Below are positions 38,701-53,700 of a stretch of DNA of 64,000 nucleotides, piece by piece (position 1 is the stretch's first letter; the number at the start of each line of letters is the position of its first letter). The notes below the pieces were generated by a model. That model ran no database searches. It was given only the letters and a program-made list of their open reading frames with translations, and was not told the DNA's origin. Made by a program: the position numbers and the translations under genes. The stretch is from NCBI RefSeq assembly GCF_037042905.1, contig NC_087251.1:992001-1056000 (forward strand). The letters run 5' to 3'. Source of the DNA: Lytechinus pictus. Lineage: Eukaryota.

Positions 38701-41700
38701 GAAAATTAATGATTGTTTTATGGTTTACGCATGAAATATACAAAAATGAAAATAAGCAATATTAATACCTGCATTTTCAATTTGTAAAAAAGATGTTGAT
38801 TGAAAATATAGAATACATTTTATCGTGAGTGACAAATTAATATTTAGACTAAAAGGAATTGCCAAGTGAATTGTAAAGATGATTGAAAAAAAATGAAACT
38901 GATAATGTTTAAAAACCCCACGAAGTTGCTACAGTGCAGATGACCCATTGATTTTTTTTTTAATTGAAGGTCTCGCTTGAGAGCGAACAGGCTGCAGAGT
39001 TATTGGAAAAAGGTTTGTGAAGATGAGAGAAAGAGCAAAGCTAGGAATGAACAACTCCTTCGAGACTTTGAGAGAGTTGAGGCTCACATAGCAACACTTT
39101 CAAGCAGGACTGAGCGACTTCGACTCTTGAAGGTAAGCACCAATGTTGTAATGATATACTTAAAGTTTAATTATGGTTTGAGCTAATTGTTTTAAGGTCA
39201 CACCAAGGTAACATTATCATTTTTGTTATTATTGTTGTTGTTTTTATTATGCTGGCTCATTGAATAGCATTTTGACAAGAGGCTATATTTTGGAAAATGT
39301 ACTTTTTTGCCTGAAGATACAGAAAATGTTAAATAAATAAATGAATGAAGGCTATATTGTATACACTGAAGATGTCTGTGTTTCTCACTTTACAGGATCA
39401 ATATGAAAGACAAGTTGAATCTATGTTCCCTTACTGGAAAGAACAAATGGACATTAAAAGAGTAAGCAGGATGTTTAAAATATGCTTTTGATATTATGTT
39501 GATGTACATGTAATATAGGAAACTAAAAAATCTGTTCAAATTATTACACATTCAAATAGAAAAATGTAAATGTTACATGTTTGGCATCTGGTTTTAGAAT
39601 AAGGGGTTGTACTTATGATTTCATGAGCATGAAATCAGTGCTTCTGATTTTGAATTCTGGACAAAGTTACCTACTGTCTTTTATAGGATTATGAATTGGG
39701 TGATAACTTTCAAGGATTATTACAGTTTGCTTTAAAATTTATCAGTGTACAGGAAAAGCTACAACATATAGTGAAAGTAAATCCATGGCAATAAATGAAA
39801 ACCTATCAGAGAGTTTAAAAGAGACTGCATCATCTGAATAAAGGATAATGCAGTCTGATACAAAGTGTACCGGTAACCCCCAAATGTACTGGCCACCATA
39901 GCAAATGGTATGAAAAGAAATGAATATTAAATGTTTAAGCATGTAAAGACTATTTTCATTTGAAAAAGTTTGAATTCATTGCTAAATAAAATGCAATCAT
40001 TGTATATAATTACTCAGCACACAATTAAGTTTTGTGAAAGGATTTTATTTATGAAACAAGAATATTTAATACCAAGAGAGAATGCAAATCTGATAAATGA
40101 AATTATGATAATATACTGATTTCTATAGCATAAACTATGGGCATATATTCTTATGCGCTGTAAGAGCTCCTGAAATGCTTGAAAAACAAAATTTAGAAAA
40201 GGAAAGAAATTTTTTGGAAAAAATCGAATTTTCACAAACAATCATTCAAAATGATATTAATAAATGAGAATAATTTAATTTAATTAATATTATTTTCCAT
40301 TTGATAAAGCTTTAAGTACAGTGGATGGTGGGGGACTTTGTCTAATCTTTGGAATCCCCCTTTGATAGATTTCAGCTTCCCTCATTAAAAACCTTTACTA
40401 TGACAGCAGATTATGCACAAATACATAAATATTGAAAATCATAGTACTTTATTTTGACTTATTTTTTCTAGATGTCCCAAGCTCAAAAGACGAACATTGC
40501 ACCAATGTCATTTGCAACACCCAGTCAGCAATACAGGGAGCAGATGAATACCCTCAACATGTCACAAAGTATCCAACAAAATGGAACAAGCATAATCTCA
40601 ACACCCTTCCAACAGCCTGGATCATTTGATCACGTTCATCTCCAAGGTCGACCTCATTCAGACTTGCAAGTATCCACACACCCTCAACAGTATACACAGT
40701 TTGGCGCACCTAGACAAGAATCACTTTTGCACATGACATCAAGTACTCTACCTCAGTCACAAGCACCACAACCTACACAGGTATCTGATGATGGTTACGA
40801 GATGCCAATGGTACCTGGTCTTCATGGGACACCTCTGCTTCAGGAAGTACAACTACTCAACTCACATCCCAGTGGACAGCATCCCTTAGTGGAGAACAGA
40901 AATAGCATGCCCCATGGTGCAAGTCAGCAAATGACCTATGGACAAACAGAAGAATCCTCTTCCTTCACTGTCAGCTCAGAGAGTCCAAGATCACCTCAAC
41001 ATCAAGTCAGACCTGGCAATGTTGCTGGGACAGTACAACCTCTTCAAACTAGTTTTGCCAAAGATATGACAGATGCAAGTGGGAAAACCTTACCAGGAAT
41101 GGAACATCTTTCACAGAAAATGCTTCTTGTTGGAGATGCATCAGAAGAAGGACAGCAAGTAAAGTCTAAAGAAATCACCAAATCAGCTAAACAAGCCACA
41201 AATCAATTCTTCACTGAAGAAGTGGTCAGAGGTCCTTCTTTAGGAGTTGGAGAGAGGTTGTCATCGGCTCAGACGGAACCATTTTCATCCAGTGATGATT
41301 CCGATGATGAGAGTAAGGATCCAGTAGACCAGGCTCTTTATTCCCCAGAGCTTCCTCCAGAACTTCCCAAGTATGAAGAACAAGCAAGAGGTCCCGCGAT
41401 CAATAACAAGGAACAAAATCAACTACCTGATCAAGGTTTGTGCTGTAAATGGATACATTAATAGTCATGATTAAACTGAATGTTCTATGATTGAACTCCA
41501 ACAAGAATTCTATTCCTTTGACTACTAATCAATCTGGGGAGTGTTTCATGAAAGGAACACACATGCAAAGTACACACAACTGTACATGAGAAGGACCAAA
41601 ACAGATATTCTGACAAAGTTACTATAAAGATTGGCATTTATGAGGCAAAAGGCGTACTCTAGTCTGTAGAGACAGAATGCCAAAAATTGATCTGCTGATG

Positions 41701-44700
41701 AATTTAGAGAAGACAAAGGTAATGGTGTGTCATACAATCCAAGCATGTCCACAAAGAGCTGGACAGAGCTAGAGGTTAAAGAAGACTCAAATATATTGGT
41801 TCCTTGATAGCCTCTACAGAAAAGGTTGTTAGAGCTAAACATGCTTTAGCAAGATAAGTCATTTATTTGTCAAGTGCTATCTTCCAAAAAGTACATGTAA
41901 GATGCACTATCTACTCCAATTTTTAGTGAGCTGCTGTATCCAGAGCTCAGTGCATTTAACAGATCAGTCATACTGGGTATCCATTCACCTTACCTGGGTC
42001 GAGTGCAGCGCAATGTGGATGCATTTCTTGTGGAAGGAACAATTAACCACAATACCAAGGATATTGTTAGTTCACTACACTACTCTCAGATCTACCTATA
42101 TCACTTATGGGCAAGTCCATAATGTAATCAAACTTTTTATATCCGACCCCCCCCCCCCCTCTGTATTTATGTATTTTTTCCTAAATAAGCTCCATTCCCA
42201 ATACAGCCTGAAAAGTGAGGTCAGATATGTTGGCTGAAAAATTATGGAACAATGAAATAACCATTTTCTGCTCATGCATACGTGTAGATGACATGTATGA
42301 ATTTACTTATTCCTGAATCTTTATTTTGTTTACTGAAGATGGGAGAGAGATTCCTAGAGCAGTGAAGGATGAAGCTGAGGAAAGCAGTGGTAGTGAAGAA
42401 GACAGTGAGATTGATAGTGATGTCAGTCTACCGCTCAGTGAGGATAAAGACAAAAATGATGGACCGGTACCGGCTCAACGTCATTCCATTGATCCAAAGT
42501 AAGATCAATTTGTAGATTCTAGTGTTAGACTATGAAAATTACCCTACAAATTGTCAATTTTCCTTCTTTTGACTTGTACTTGGTTTGTGGCTAGAAACAT
42601 TGATGGATAGGAATGAAAATCTCTTCGTTGTCATTTAATTTCTGAAATATATTTACAAATAGGTCTATCTTGACTTATTTAGCACATACCTCCAGCTCCC
42701 AATATGTTGCTTCTTAAAGGAGAATGAAACCCTTGAAACCAGCTGAATCCATATCAAAGAGAAAAATCAAAGAAACATATTGTTGAAAGTTTGAGGAAGA
42801 TTGAATGAATAATAAGAAAGTTATGAGCATTTGAATATTGAGATCACTAATGCCATGTAAATCCTCCCATTGGCAATGCGACCAAGATCTGTGATGTCAC
42901 ACACGTACAACTCCCTCACTACTTTAGTACTTATTTCACTTATATTCTCACTTTTATAGAGTCTATCACAAGGTGAGGTGTTCTCTTTATGAGAGGACAA
43001 GAACAGAGGTTTCACAACATTATATCATTGATGAATCGTTTGTCATATGATTAGAATGAGCAAAAAGAGATGTTTTGGGGTATATTTTCAGTGTCCAAAA
43101 GGGGAGAGTTGTTCATCTGTGACATCATAGATCTTGGTCGTATTGCCAATAGGAGGATCTCCATAGCCTTAGTGATCTCGACATTCAAATGCTCATAACT
43201 CTTCTATTGCTAGTCCTATTTTACTCAAACTTTTGTTGATCCTATTCTTTGATTTTTCTGCTTTCACAAAAGCTAACTTGCTCCAAGAGTTTCATTCTCC
43301 TTTAAAGGACAAGTCCATCCCAACAAAAAGTTGATTTGAATAAAATGAGAAAAATCCAACAAGCATAACACTGAAAATTTCACAAAATCGGATGTAAAAT
43401 AAGAAAGTTATGACATTTTAAAGTTTCGCTTAATTTCACAGTTATATGCACATCCTGGCTGGTATGCAAATAACGAGACTATGATGTCATCCACTCACTA
43501 TTTCCTTTGTATTTTATTATATGAAATTTGAAATATTCTAATTTTCTCCTCATTGTCAAGTGATACAACGATTAATTCCTCCCTGAACTTAGCATTGTTT
43601 AATACTACATGGTTCAGTCAAGTTGGTCCTTATTGTCAAATCTATAAAAAATGAAATATTGTATAATTCAAACAATAAAAAACAAAAGAAATAGTGAATG
43701 ATGGACATCATCGACTGACTCACCTAGTTGTGCATATCACTGTTTTGTGAAAAATAAGCGAAACTTTAAAATGTCATAATTTTCTTATTTTACATCCGAT
43801 TTTGATGAAATTTTCAGCACTATGCTAGTTTGATTTTTCTTCATTTTTTCAAGTCAGCATTTTCCTGGGGTGGACTTGACCTTTAAATAAATCATATATG
43901 TGTTATTGTCAGAGCTCCTGAAGCCGAGAGTGTGAAACCCAACTCCATTGTCCTAACTACTGAAGGGTTCTATCTTCTGATGAAGGCAGTAGAAGCTGAA
44001 ATTGATGCCACTGATTCCCTTGAAGGCATCTATGCAACTCTGGCTTGCACTAGAACTATAAGAGATGAAATTGTGAGGTAAGTTTAAGTATAAGTCAAAG
44101 GATGTAAACCAGTATGTTATCAACGATTATGATAATAATATTCTGCTTTTATATATTGCCCTTCACATCAGAACTTTTGTGTATGTGTATTCCAACTCTG
44201 ATACACATTTTAACTTGTTCTCGATCTCACTCAATAACTGGGAATGACTGCTTGGCTTGGAGTCACTCTCCACTTAACTGCAACACATTGTACACTGTAC
44301 AAGGTTACTTAATATACTCATGGTGGCAATGTGATAAGAGAAGTATAAACCGGATGGAGATGAACAAAGGGTTGTTTATGATGGGGATAATACAGCATGA
44401 TGAGGAGAAGGAAAGGAATGTCATTGTCACTGTGGGTCAGAAAGGAGTGGTGGTCAGACTGGGAATATAGAATTTAAAGTGTTTGGAACCTCAAATTAAT
44501 AGAGATACAATTATATCACATCTCTTTAGAATGATTTTTTGATATAATTCTAATTCAATGGTCAAATTTTTTTTCTTTGTTTACTCTTTCTGTCAAGGAC
44601 GGCAAACTCAAATAGTGGATTTGATCTACTGGATCCTAGAGCAATCAGCATGGTCATACTTGAAGAGCTCCCTCTATTGGTCCAGAAACTACCAGGAGGA

Positions 44701-47700
44701 TGCTTTCTATCAGAGAGACTCCTTGTTGCCAGCAGTAGAACTATCACTGAATTATCTATCAGGTCAGAATCCCTACATTAATTATATTTTAATGTTGTTC
44801 CAAAGCTTTCTTGATTGATTTTAGCTCATTTTAGGACTTTTTAGGTGTACATTAACTTATAAGCATAGACATGATGGTATTAATTGAATTAGGCAGAGAA
44901 AGTGTGCCAGGATTCTTTGCACGAGAGATGCCACACGTCTCCAATATCATGATATTTTCTGTTCGGAATATTTCATTCTACACTATTCATGTCATCCTCT
45001 TTTTAAAAAACCTGCATAGGCCTATATGTTATTTTGTTTCCTTAACACACTTTTAGAAAAAAAAGTTTTATAAAGTTCTGTCATATCTTGTTTGAATGAT
45101 AAATGTTTTTCTTTATCCATTTATGTGGTAATATTTATTGTGATGTTAAAAGTCTTTTTAATATATATGAAATACTGAAAAACAGTTCATTTCAATTAAT
45201 TTTGTGCCTTAACTTAGGATTCTACACACCGTGATTTTTCAGGTCGTGAAAACAAATTTAAAAAAATATATTATTTTTGATAGGTCTCATATGGTCTCTT
45301 CATCCCTGAAGCTATGGGATGATATCCATCATCATATGGTGTTCTTAGTGAGGAGAGGTGTGATGGAACCAGAGGGCGTGGCCCTGAAGTTTGCTCCTCT
45401 TTTACTGACTGCTGACTCACAAGCCTCGGAAAAGGTTACAATTCTTCTCTTCATTTGTATGTTTAATGAGAAATAGATGTTCTGGGGGGTTTTCACAAAA
45501 TTACTCTTAAATTCACAGTGTGTTATACAATATGTAACTGCAGTGGTCAGGTGACATGCTCAATGAGATTATACAATAAATATCATATGCACATTGATAC
45601 TTAAAGGTCAAGTAATTGTTGATTTGAATCGATAGAGAAAATTCAAACAAACATAACGCTGCAAATTTCATCGAAATCGGATGTAAAATAAGAAAGTTAT
45701 GACATTATTAAGTTTCACTTATTTTTCACAAAACAGTTAAATGCACAACTCAGTGATATGCAAATGAGAGAGTCGATGATGTCCATCACTCACTATTTCT
45801 TTCGTTTTTTATTGTTTGAATAATACAATATTTCAATTTTTACAGATTAGACAAGAAGGACCAACTTAACTTAACCATAAACTGTTAAAACAATAGTAAT
45901 TCCACATGTTCAGGGAGGAATGAAACTTTGTTTCACTTGACAAGGAGGAGAAAATTAGAATATTTCATATAATAAAATACAAAAGAAATAGTGAGTGGGT
46001 GACGTCATCAGTCTGCCAATTTGCATACCGACCAGGATGTGCATATAACTGTTTTGTGAAATTAAGCGAAATTTAAAATGTCATAACTTTCTTATTTTAC
46101 ATCCGATTTTGATGAAATTTTCAGTGTTTTGCTTGTTGGATTTTTCTATTTTTTTTCAAATCAACGTTTTTTGGGGTGGACTTGTCCTTTAATAACCCTT
46201 TGCCAAACACCCCCAGGTTAGGAGATGATTATTGAAAGGAACTCTCTAAAAGTGATTAGGAAATGTTGACTACAATTCACCTAAGATTTGTTATTCAAAA
46301 ATATGATAAGAACAACTCTAAATATAGCCATGTTCCCTGCACTCAATAAAGCTCTTATAATATTGCAAATAAGCCCCAACGTCTCAGCTCTTTTTATTCG
46401 ACCGTCTAGACAGGACGTATTATGGTATCATGCTTGGTGTCCCTCCGTCTGTCTGTCCGTCGGTCCGTCTGTTAACTTTTCCTTGTAAACGCGATAACTT
46501 CAGTGTAACTTAACCTAGGTTCATATAATTTGGTGTGTATGATACTAGCATGGATCCCTATTGATTTTGAGGTCAAAAGGTCAAGGTCACACTGACATGT
46601 TTGAATCTTACCCTTCTGCAGTCTTTGTAAACACAATAACTTCAGTTTAACTTAACATAGGCTTATATAATTTTTGTTTCCTAGGTAATTGGTTATATAC
46701 CAGCTTGGCGTTTACCAGCAAAATGCTGTCCTGTCAAGTTCCTACGGGAGTTACCATAAACAGAAACTGAAACAAATTTGGTGTGTATGATACTAGCATG
46801 GATCCCAGGAAGACTATTGATTTTGAGGTCAAAAGGTCAAAGGTCAAGATCACAGTGACATGTTTTCATCTTACTCTTCTGCAGTCCTTGTAAACGGGAT
46901 AACTTCAGTTAAACGTAACCTAGGCTCATATAATATGATGTATATGATACTAAGCATGGATCCTAGGAAGCCTATTGATTTTGAGGTCAGAAGGTCAAAG
47001 GTGAAGTCGCCACCTTCCACTTTTCTTGCTTGACCATTAACTCCATTTTCCTTGTTACAAGTGGGCGTAGTATGTGCTCGCCTTAGCGACACTCTTGTTG
47101 ATAATAATTTGATTTGAAGACTAACCTGTTTAGTGAGATATCCATCCTAAGTAATCTGAAAAAGATATAGAAACTCACAGTAAATGCTTTCACCTGTCTC
47201 ACTATTTGGGTCTTTCCCATTCTATGGTGTTCTGAATACTAATCTGGCAATTCTTTGTAGTAGAGGAAGGTAGTGTGCTGTAACAGGTTTGCTCATAGCA
47301 AATCAAATGGAACCATTTCAGTAGCTTGTATCTTTCCAATGAAAGCAAGTTTTATGAAACCCAAGACATGGTTTCCCCACCTCAATATTGTGAAGCTGGT
47401 TTTCATGGGACATAGATGATAGGTATCTCTTTAAACTTCAAATTTCAGGCAATCAATGTCATCTCTGATATCTTGATGAAAGCCGAGGAGGAGGAAGAAG
47501 TTACATTTGGAGAGGAGTCTTCAGTGAGTGATAGTTCACATCTTAACCATACTCAACCCAGTCCTGATGTCATTAGGCATGCTCAACCAAAGGATTATCC
47601 ATCAGGTATTTCAAGGGTTTTTATCATGAGTGCCATAATTATTGACATCATCACCATGGTCATAACCATCATCATGATCATAATATGATGATGATGATCA

Positions 47701-50700
47701 TCATCATATTAAAAAAAATGTTCTGATAATGTAACCATATCTGTTTCATATTCATTGTCGGATACATTTTCTGATACCCTAGATCCTGCCATCATGAGTT
47801 ACAGAATATGATACAAGGAAAATCATGATCTTAAAAAAGTAATAAATCATTTCCAGATGATAAAATAAAGCACCTTATTCTTGCATTTACAAAGTGCTGC
47901 ACATATCACTAAACTATGTTTAGCTCTCAAAAAAAAAAAGATAATATATAATCAAGTTCTGAACATTAAATAGTTGGAAAAAAAGCCATAATCAACTGCT
48001 TTGGTCATAGATTAAATAAATATTTGGGTGTTTTTTCCCCACTTAGTCCCACCCCTTGCTCTTGGTGGAATGGAAGGAGATACTGATGATCTGGTTGATA
48101 CAGGGAGGACTAGTGGTGATAGCTTCTTTGATAACGAAGTACCTCTAAATGGTAAGCTATGTACAAATGTTGACATTCCCAAGGTATCATATTTAAATGT
48201 TAATAGATAGTCATAAATATCTTGGCTACACTGAACATTGAGATGAAAGAATCTTGACAAATGAACTATTTGTTCATAATCACAAGAATCATATTTGGAA
48301 AAAGATCAGATTTAGGCTTCTACCTGATGGGAATACTAGCAGTCCATAAAGTCACACATAACTTACAAGGAACTTCAGAAAAATACTATCCTGGCTTTTT
48401 CTTTAACTTACTACTTCTTATAATTTTGATATATGTAGAAACATCTGCATACCAGAGGATGATGATGAGCAGTCAACCTGAGATACAGAAGCAGATAACT
48501 GTAGGAAATGGGAGTGGAAACAATGATGATGAAGAGAGTGAAAGTGAGGATGAGATTGAGAGAGCTACTCGTATTAACCTTGAGTCACCATCTTCACAAC
48601 AAACCAAGTAAGAAAGACTCATTTACGCAAGATAATCTCAAACTTAAACAGGCATACCTTTAAAGGTAGTTATAAATTTATTCAGGATAAAAATAACTGT
48701 TCCAGCTTTTGTTGTAATCATAATTGCAAAACTTTAAGTTAGATGGCAATCACCTGCAATTAAGTTAAGTTGTCGTTCATATATCCGCAAAAGGAAATTC
48801 TTGTCACCACAATATACCACCATGATTGAGTATTATTCCAGTAGGCATAGTCTTTGTGTGTATTATATCTGCAGATGTCAGGTACTGTTGATTATACACT
48901 AAGATATGGTATGTACCTCTTATTCCTTTAAACAATTTTTTTTTATACTATCAACAAAGTTCATTCATCCCTATCAGAATCTCATATTTTGTGGCTAAAA
49001 AGAAAGGTTACAAAATATGGAAGTATTGAGTTGTATGCTTGTATAACAGAACATGAACTCTGTGGAAATGAGTGAGCCAATGTCATCATAAGCTCACCAG
49101 TGTTCAAATTACTTTTTATTTTTGAGGAGCCATTTTTGTCTTGCCTGCTTAGTAGAGCGAGACTATAGGCGCTGCTTTTCCGTCGACGGCAGTGGCGGCG
49201 GTGGCGATGGCAGCATCGTCAACATCAAATCTTAACAGATGCTTAAGTTTTTGAAATGTCATTATAACTTAGAAAAGTATATGGGCTTAGTTCATGAGAC
49301 TTGGATATAAGGGTGATCAAGTATTACCAAACACCCTGCCTGAGTTTCAGGTCACATGACCAAGGTCAAAGGTCATTTAGGGTCAATGAACTTAGATTAT
49401 GCTGGGGGAATTAGTTGAATTGCTATCATAACTTTGAGAGTTTATAGATCTAGTTAAAGTTGAATAAAGAAGACGATTCCAATATTGAGATATTTACATT
49501 AATAGCAACCTTACAACCCCCCAAACACTAAGAGGTGATTCGACCCCCCATTTTCTTTTTTCAAAATAGTGAATTTGAACGATTTATCCCTACCCATTTT
49601 CCCTGAGTTCGCTCCTGCAATGCCTACCAAGACGGGTGTTCTTTGACTGTGACGTCACCGGGGGTATTCGGTCCCGGTGTAGTAAACAAGGCAGTGCCGT
49701 TTTGTGTACTATGCACGTACGCCTTCATATTTACTTTTGTGTCAAAACTTCATTTTATCGCTATTGATTTTATGTGAACGATACTGAAAGGAAGTGATAA
49801 TTATTCAAAGATATATAGTCAATAATATATCCCTACATTGTTAAAACTGTTCTTCTTTGTAGCGATTTTAGACGATTTTAATGCCTTGTTTTCGTTCGGG
49901 ACTGTGTCCGTGGCGAAACAAGTCATAATGGAATAAACTGCAATTGAAGTTGTATCTGCGAGCCGGAGAACTTGCAAAGAGGAAATGATTAAAAGTATAT
50001 TTATGGCCGTACTATTATTCCAAATATGTAAATTCCCTCAGAATGATACCATAGACCCTAAAGGAATAATTTCAAGGCGAATAATATGAAATTTGATCGA
50101 GATCTTCTCACCGGTCGATAACATAGCAGACGTGTTATTATGACATATTTATCCGCGTGTGACGCGGCTCTTGCAAAAAACACAGTTGGTTGCGGAATTG
50201 CTTTGTGCCGACCGGCCGCCCGCTGCGGCTCAGCTAGCTGTCGATACCGCATACCTTTCTTGCTGTCTTCAACTCACTTGCGAATTGCGTTTGTATGTGT
50301 GACGATGACCTCTAGCGTAATCAAATATAGAAAACAACTCGGAAGGCCGAGAAGAATAGTATGTTTGATTCAAGATTGTTCTGTGGAATGAGCTATGAGT
50401 GGAAATGATCCAGAGGATATAAAAATGGAGTCATGAACTGCAGGTCGACATACCGGTACCAGACCACTACAGTACACTCAATGCCTGGGTGTTGTGTGTA
50501 TTGTATAGGCGTGTAGCGCGCGCAGAGCTGAGCTAGCCGCCGGAATTACTTTCCAGCTACTCACTTGATGGAACGTCGTGATAAAATAAATGAGAAAAAG
50601 TGAAAATATCATTCAATAACTCACTGTTTGCAATCTTACATCATGATTTAAGAGTTCATGATAGTTATTCATACTGTTTTTTATACAGGGAAAGTAAAAA

Positions 50701-53700
50701 TTTGTACATATGATTCCTATTTGTTTGATTTGAGTTGCTTTGAAAAAAATTGTAAAATCATCTTTCTCTCTCTGCATAGCATTTCTGTATTACATCTGGA
50801 CACCTCTTATACTAAATTCCCCCCGGTGACGTCACACTCAGAGTGATTTTTCTGTACATTCGTCTCTCGGGCTCTGACAGGTGGCTAATTTCATAGACTT
50901 TCAAAGCAAAATATCGAGAAGGCAGAGGATTTTTGTGATATGCTATCTGTTTGAACAACTGATATATACCGGTACTATATATTGTGTGTGGAACCCATAT
51001 TTATGGAAACTCACCCCCTTCTTAATTCAACTTTAATGAAACTTAGATATAAGAGCAATCAAGTATCAGCAAACATCCTGTTTAAGGTCACATGACCAGG
51101 GTCAATGAACTTTGGCTATGTTGGAGTTATTTGCTGAATTGTCGTCATAACTTTGAAAGTTTTAGATCTAGTTCATGAAACTTTGACATTAGAGTAATCA
51201 AGTATCATTGAACATCCTGCTTGAGATTCAGGTCACATGACCAAGGTCAAAGGTCATTAAGGGTCAATGAACATAGTATTTTATTATCATATGAATTGTG
51301 GCATTTTTTGTGTAAATTACTATTCAATATTTGTCTTTCAAAGTCAGCACTGCTGCTACATGTATATTGAATGGCGTAATGCAGGCGAGACTGCCAGAGG
51401 CATTCCACTTGTTCATTTTACTAGAGCCATTTTCAGTTTTAAGAGCCATTCTTTTTATCATGATTCAACGCATGGTTTAGCATCACAGTTTTTCCTGCTT
51501 TATTCTTCATTGTTATTAATTATTAAATGATTGTTTGTATCTCATGTATTGAATTAACTGGACGTTTTTTTACAATTTTTTCTATCAAATTGATTAGGAT
51601 GAAGTATTTCAAATTTGAACAGAATTTGAACTTAGAGAAATCCTTTTCATAATTTTTAATTTCTTATTTGATAAAAACTCACTTGAAAATTATTTTATGA
51701 AATATTGAATGCGTCGCAGACAGTGACAGCTAACGTCAACATGTCAATACTCGGGCACTGAAAATCCCAATTTCGCCCTTCAAATTGCAGGATCTGCGCC
51801 ATATTTCCAGAGCACCCGGTGGCTTAGTTCAGATTTAAAAAGTGGGATTGCCAAAAAATATGCCAAAATGAAAAATCCAAGTTGAGGAATTTATTTTCTA
51901 GCAAATTTAGGATGGTATCTTAAAAAAGCAATAAGAAAGCAAATAGTTACGATGAGACAGGTGCCGCACAGTGTTTTGAAAAATAGTACCTGGGGATATT
52001 GGAGTTTCAGTGAACTGAATACACATTTTCTGAAGCTCTGTGCCAATGATTCTAAAAAGTCCACTCAGTAAAATGTCAGAATGCGATGATGCATGGAAGT
52101 AAAAACTGAAGCTGCGCTGGCCTGGCTGTCTGGCTACTATGCAGTCGGTCTGTACTTGGCAGTTTTAGGCAGTAGTGAGAGAGATCCCAAAGCACGCGAG
52201 AGCGATATCGCTTGTCGCTCCCATCTATTTTCAATGCTGAAGCTCACTTTTTTGTTTATTTTTATTAAAATGTAAAATATTTCGTATTTTCTACATCAGT
52301 ATAAATGTTTCCTTTGTACCACATTAAGGTAACTTAAAATGATGAAGAGCCATTATCTGTTTTATATTCTTTGACATCTTTGAGCCTTAGACATCAACGA
52401 TTCACATATTTTTATACAGCTTACGTGGTGCGTGTGTTTTTTTTACATGACGCAAAGCAAAACTTCAATATTATTTTTTAAATAGTGTCATTCTGATTTT
52501 TTTGTTAATAGTATCATTCTGATTTTTTTCTGAGATATTCAAATGCTATATCTGTTACAGAACATGTATGCCTATTATTATTTTGTTGAAAAAGCTATAT
52601 GACACCATACAGATTTTGTTACTTATAATCATCATCATAACCGTCAACTTCTTTAATTTTATTATGTACCTCTAAATATTTGACAGGAAGAAGAGGAATG
52701 TACTTTCATCTCTTGGTGGGAGTCTTGGTAGGAGCTTAGGAAGTGATGATGAGGAACAAGAGAGACGACCTCTTCCATCAGATAGAACAGATGAAGTGTC
52801 ATCACCAGATAAGAGTGATGTAACCAGTTCACTATCTCCTACTCCTAGAGGTGGTGGTGGCTACGTCCCATCAGCCATGGAACACAGGTCAGTTCTGTAC
52901 TTCAAAATTTGTTTAATCCGATGGAGATTGAGCAAGCATATATGCTGGCTTCAGTCCATCAAAAATGTGTGTTATAGCATAATCAGCCAATCTTCAATGG
53001 GTTGAGTTTATGGATGTAGATAAACACATGGTTGTCAAGGTCATATTGCATAAATTATTTTATTAAGGTAACATTGGTTTCATTAGTAAAAATGATTTAT
53101 TTTTCTTTAAAAATTAGTGTCATGATATTCACCATCAATGATGATTGTAACATGATTGCTTTGCATTTCAAAAGGAGCCTGGCCTATTCATCTCCTATTG
53201 AAAAGCAGTTATTCCTTTCAATGATTCTTAACAAATGATAGTATTCTCCTTCGGCCAATTGCATGAAGAATGTCAATTAAATTATTTTGGAAAACATACA
53301 AGTCTAAAGATGCAGGATTCTCTTTGGTTTAATTCTTTGCTAGATAGACAAATGGCATAATTTATACTGTTCAACTGCTAAGAGGTTGTATAAGTTGAGT
53401 TTGTACACTTACTTAGCTGAGAATCTGCAACCTGTCGCACACAGTTTTGAAAATTTTGTGAGGCATGTGAATCACATCAGCCATACAAGTTCAGTGTTGC
53501 TTTAGCAAACACTAATTGTTCATGATTTGTCACTCTGTGTATTACTAATGATTGTGGTTTATTTTCCCTTAAGAAAATAATCATTTTGAATATGTAGAAA
53601 GCAATCAAATCTTTTCATAGCTCTTTTGTAACTTAAAATAATCATTAACTTAACCTATTTATGAGTGTACAGAAAGAATCTGTTTTATTGAAATGATTGT

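Noticed and set aside
51590..52620. CpG-richer intronic block that looks like a DNA transposon interior
   Set aside because: No matching termini, TSD or second copy found in the window.
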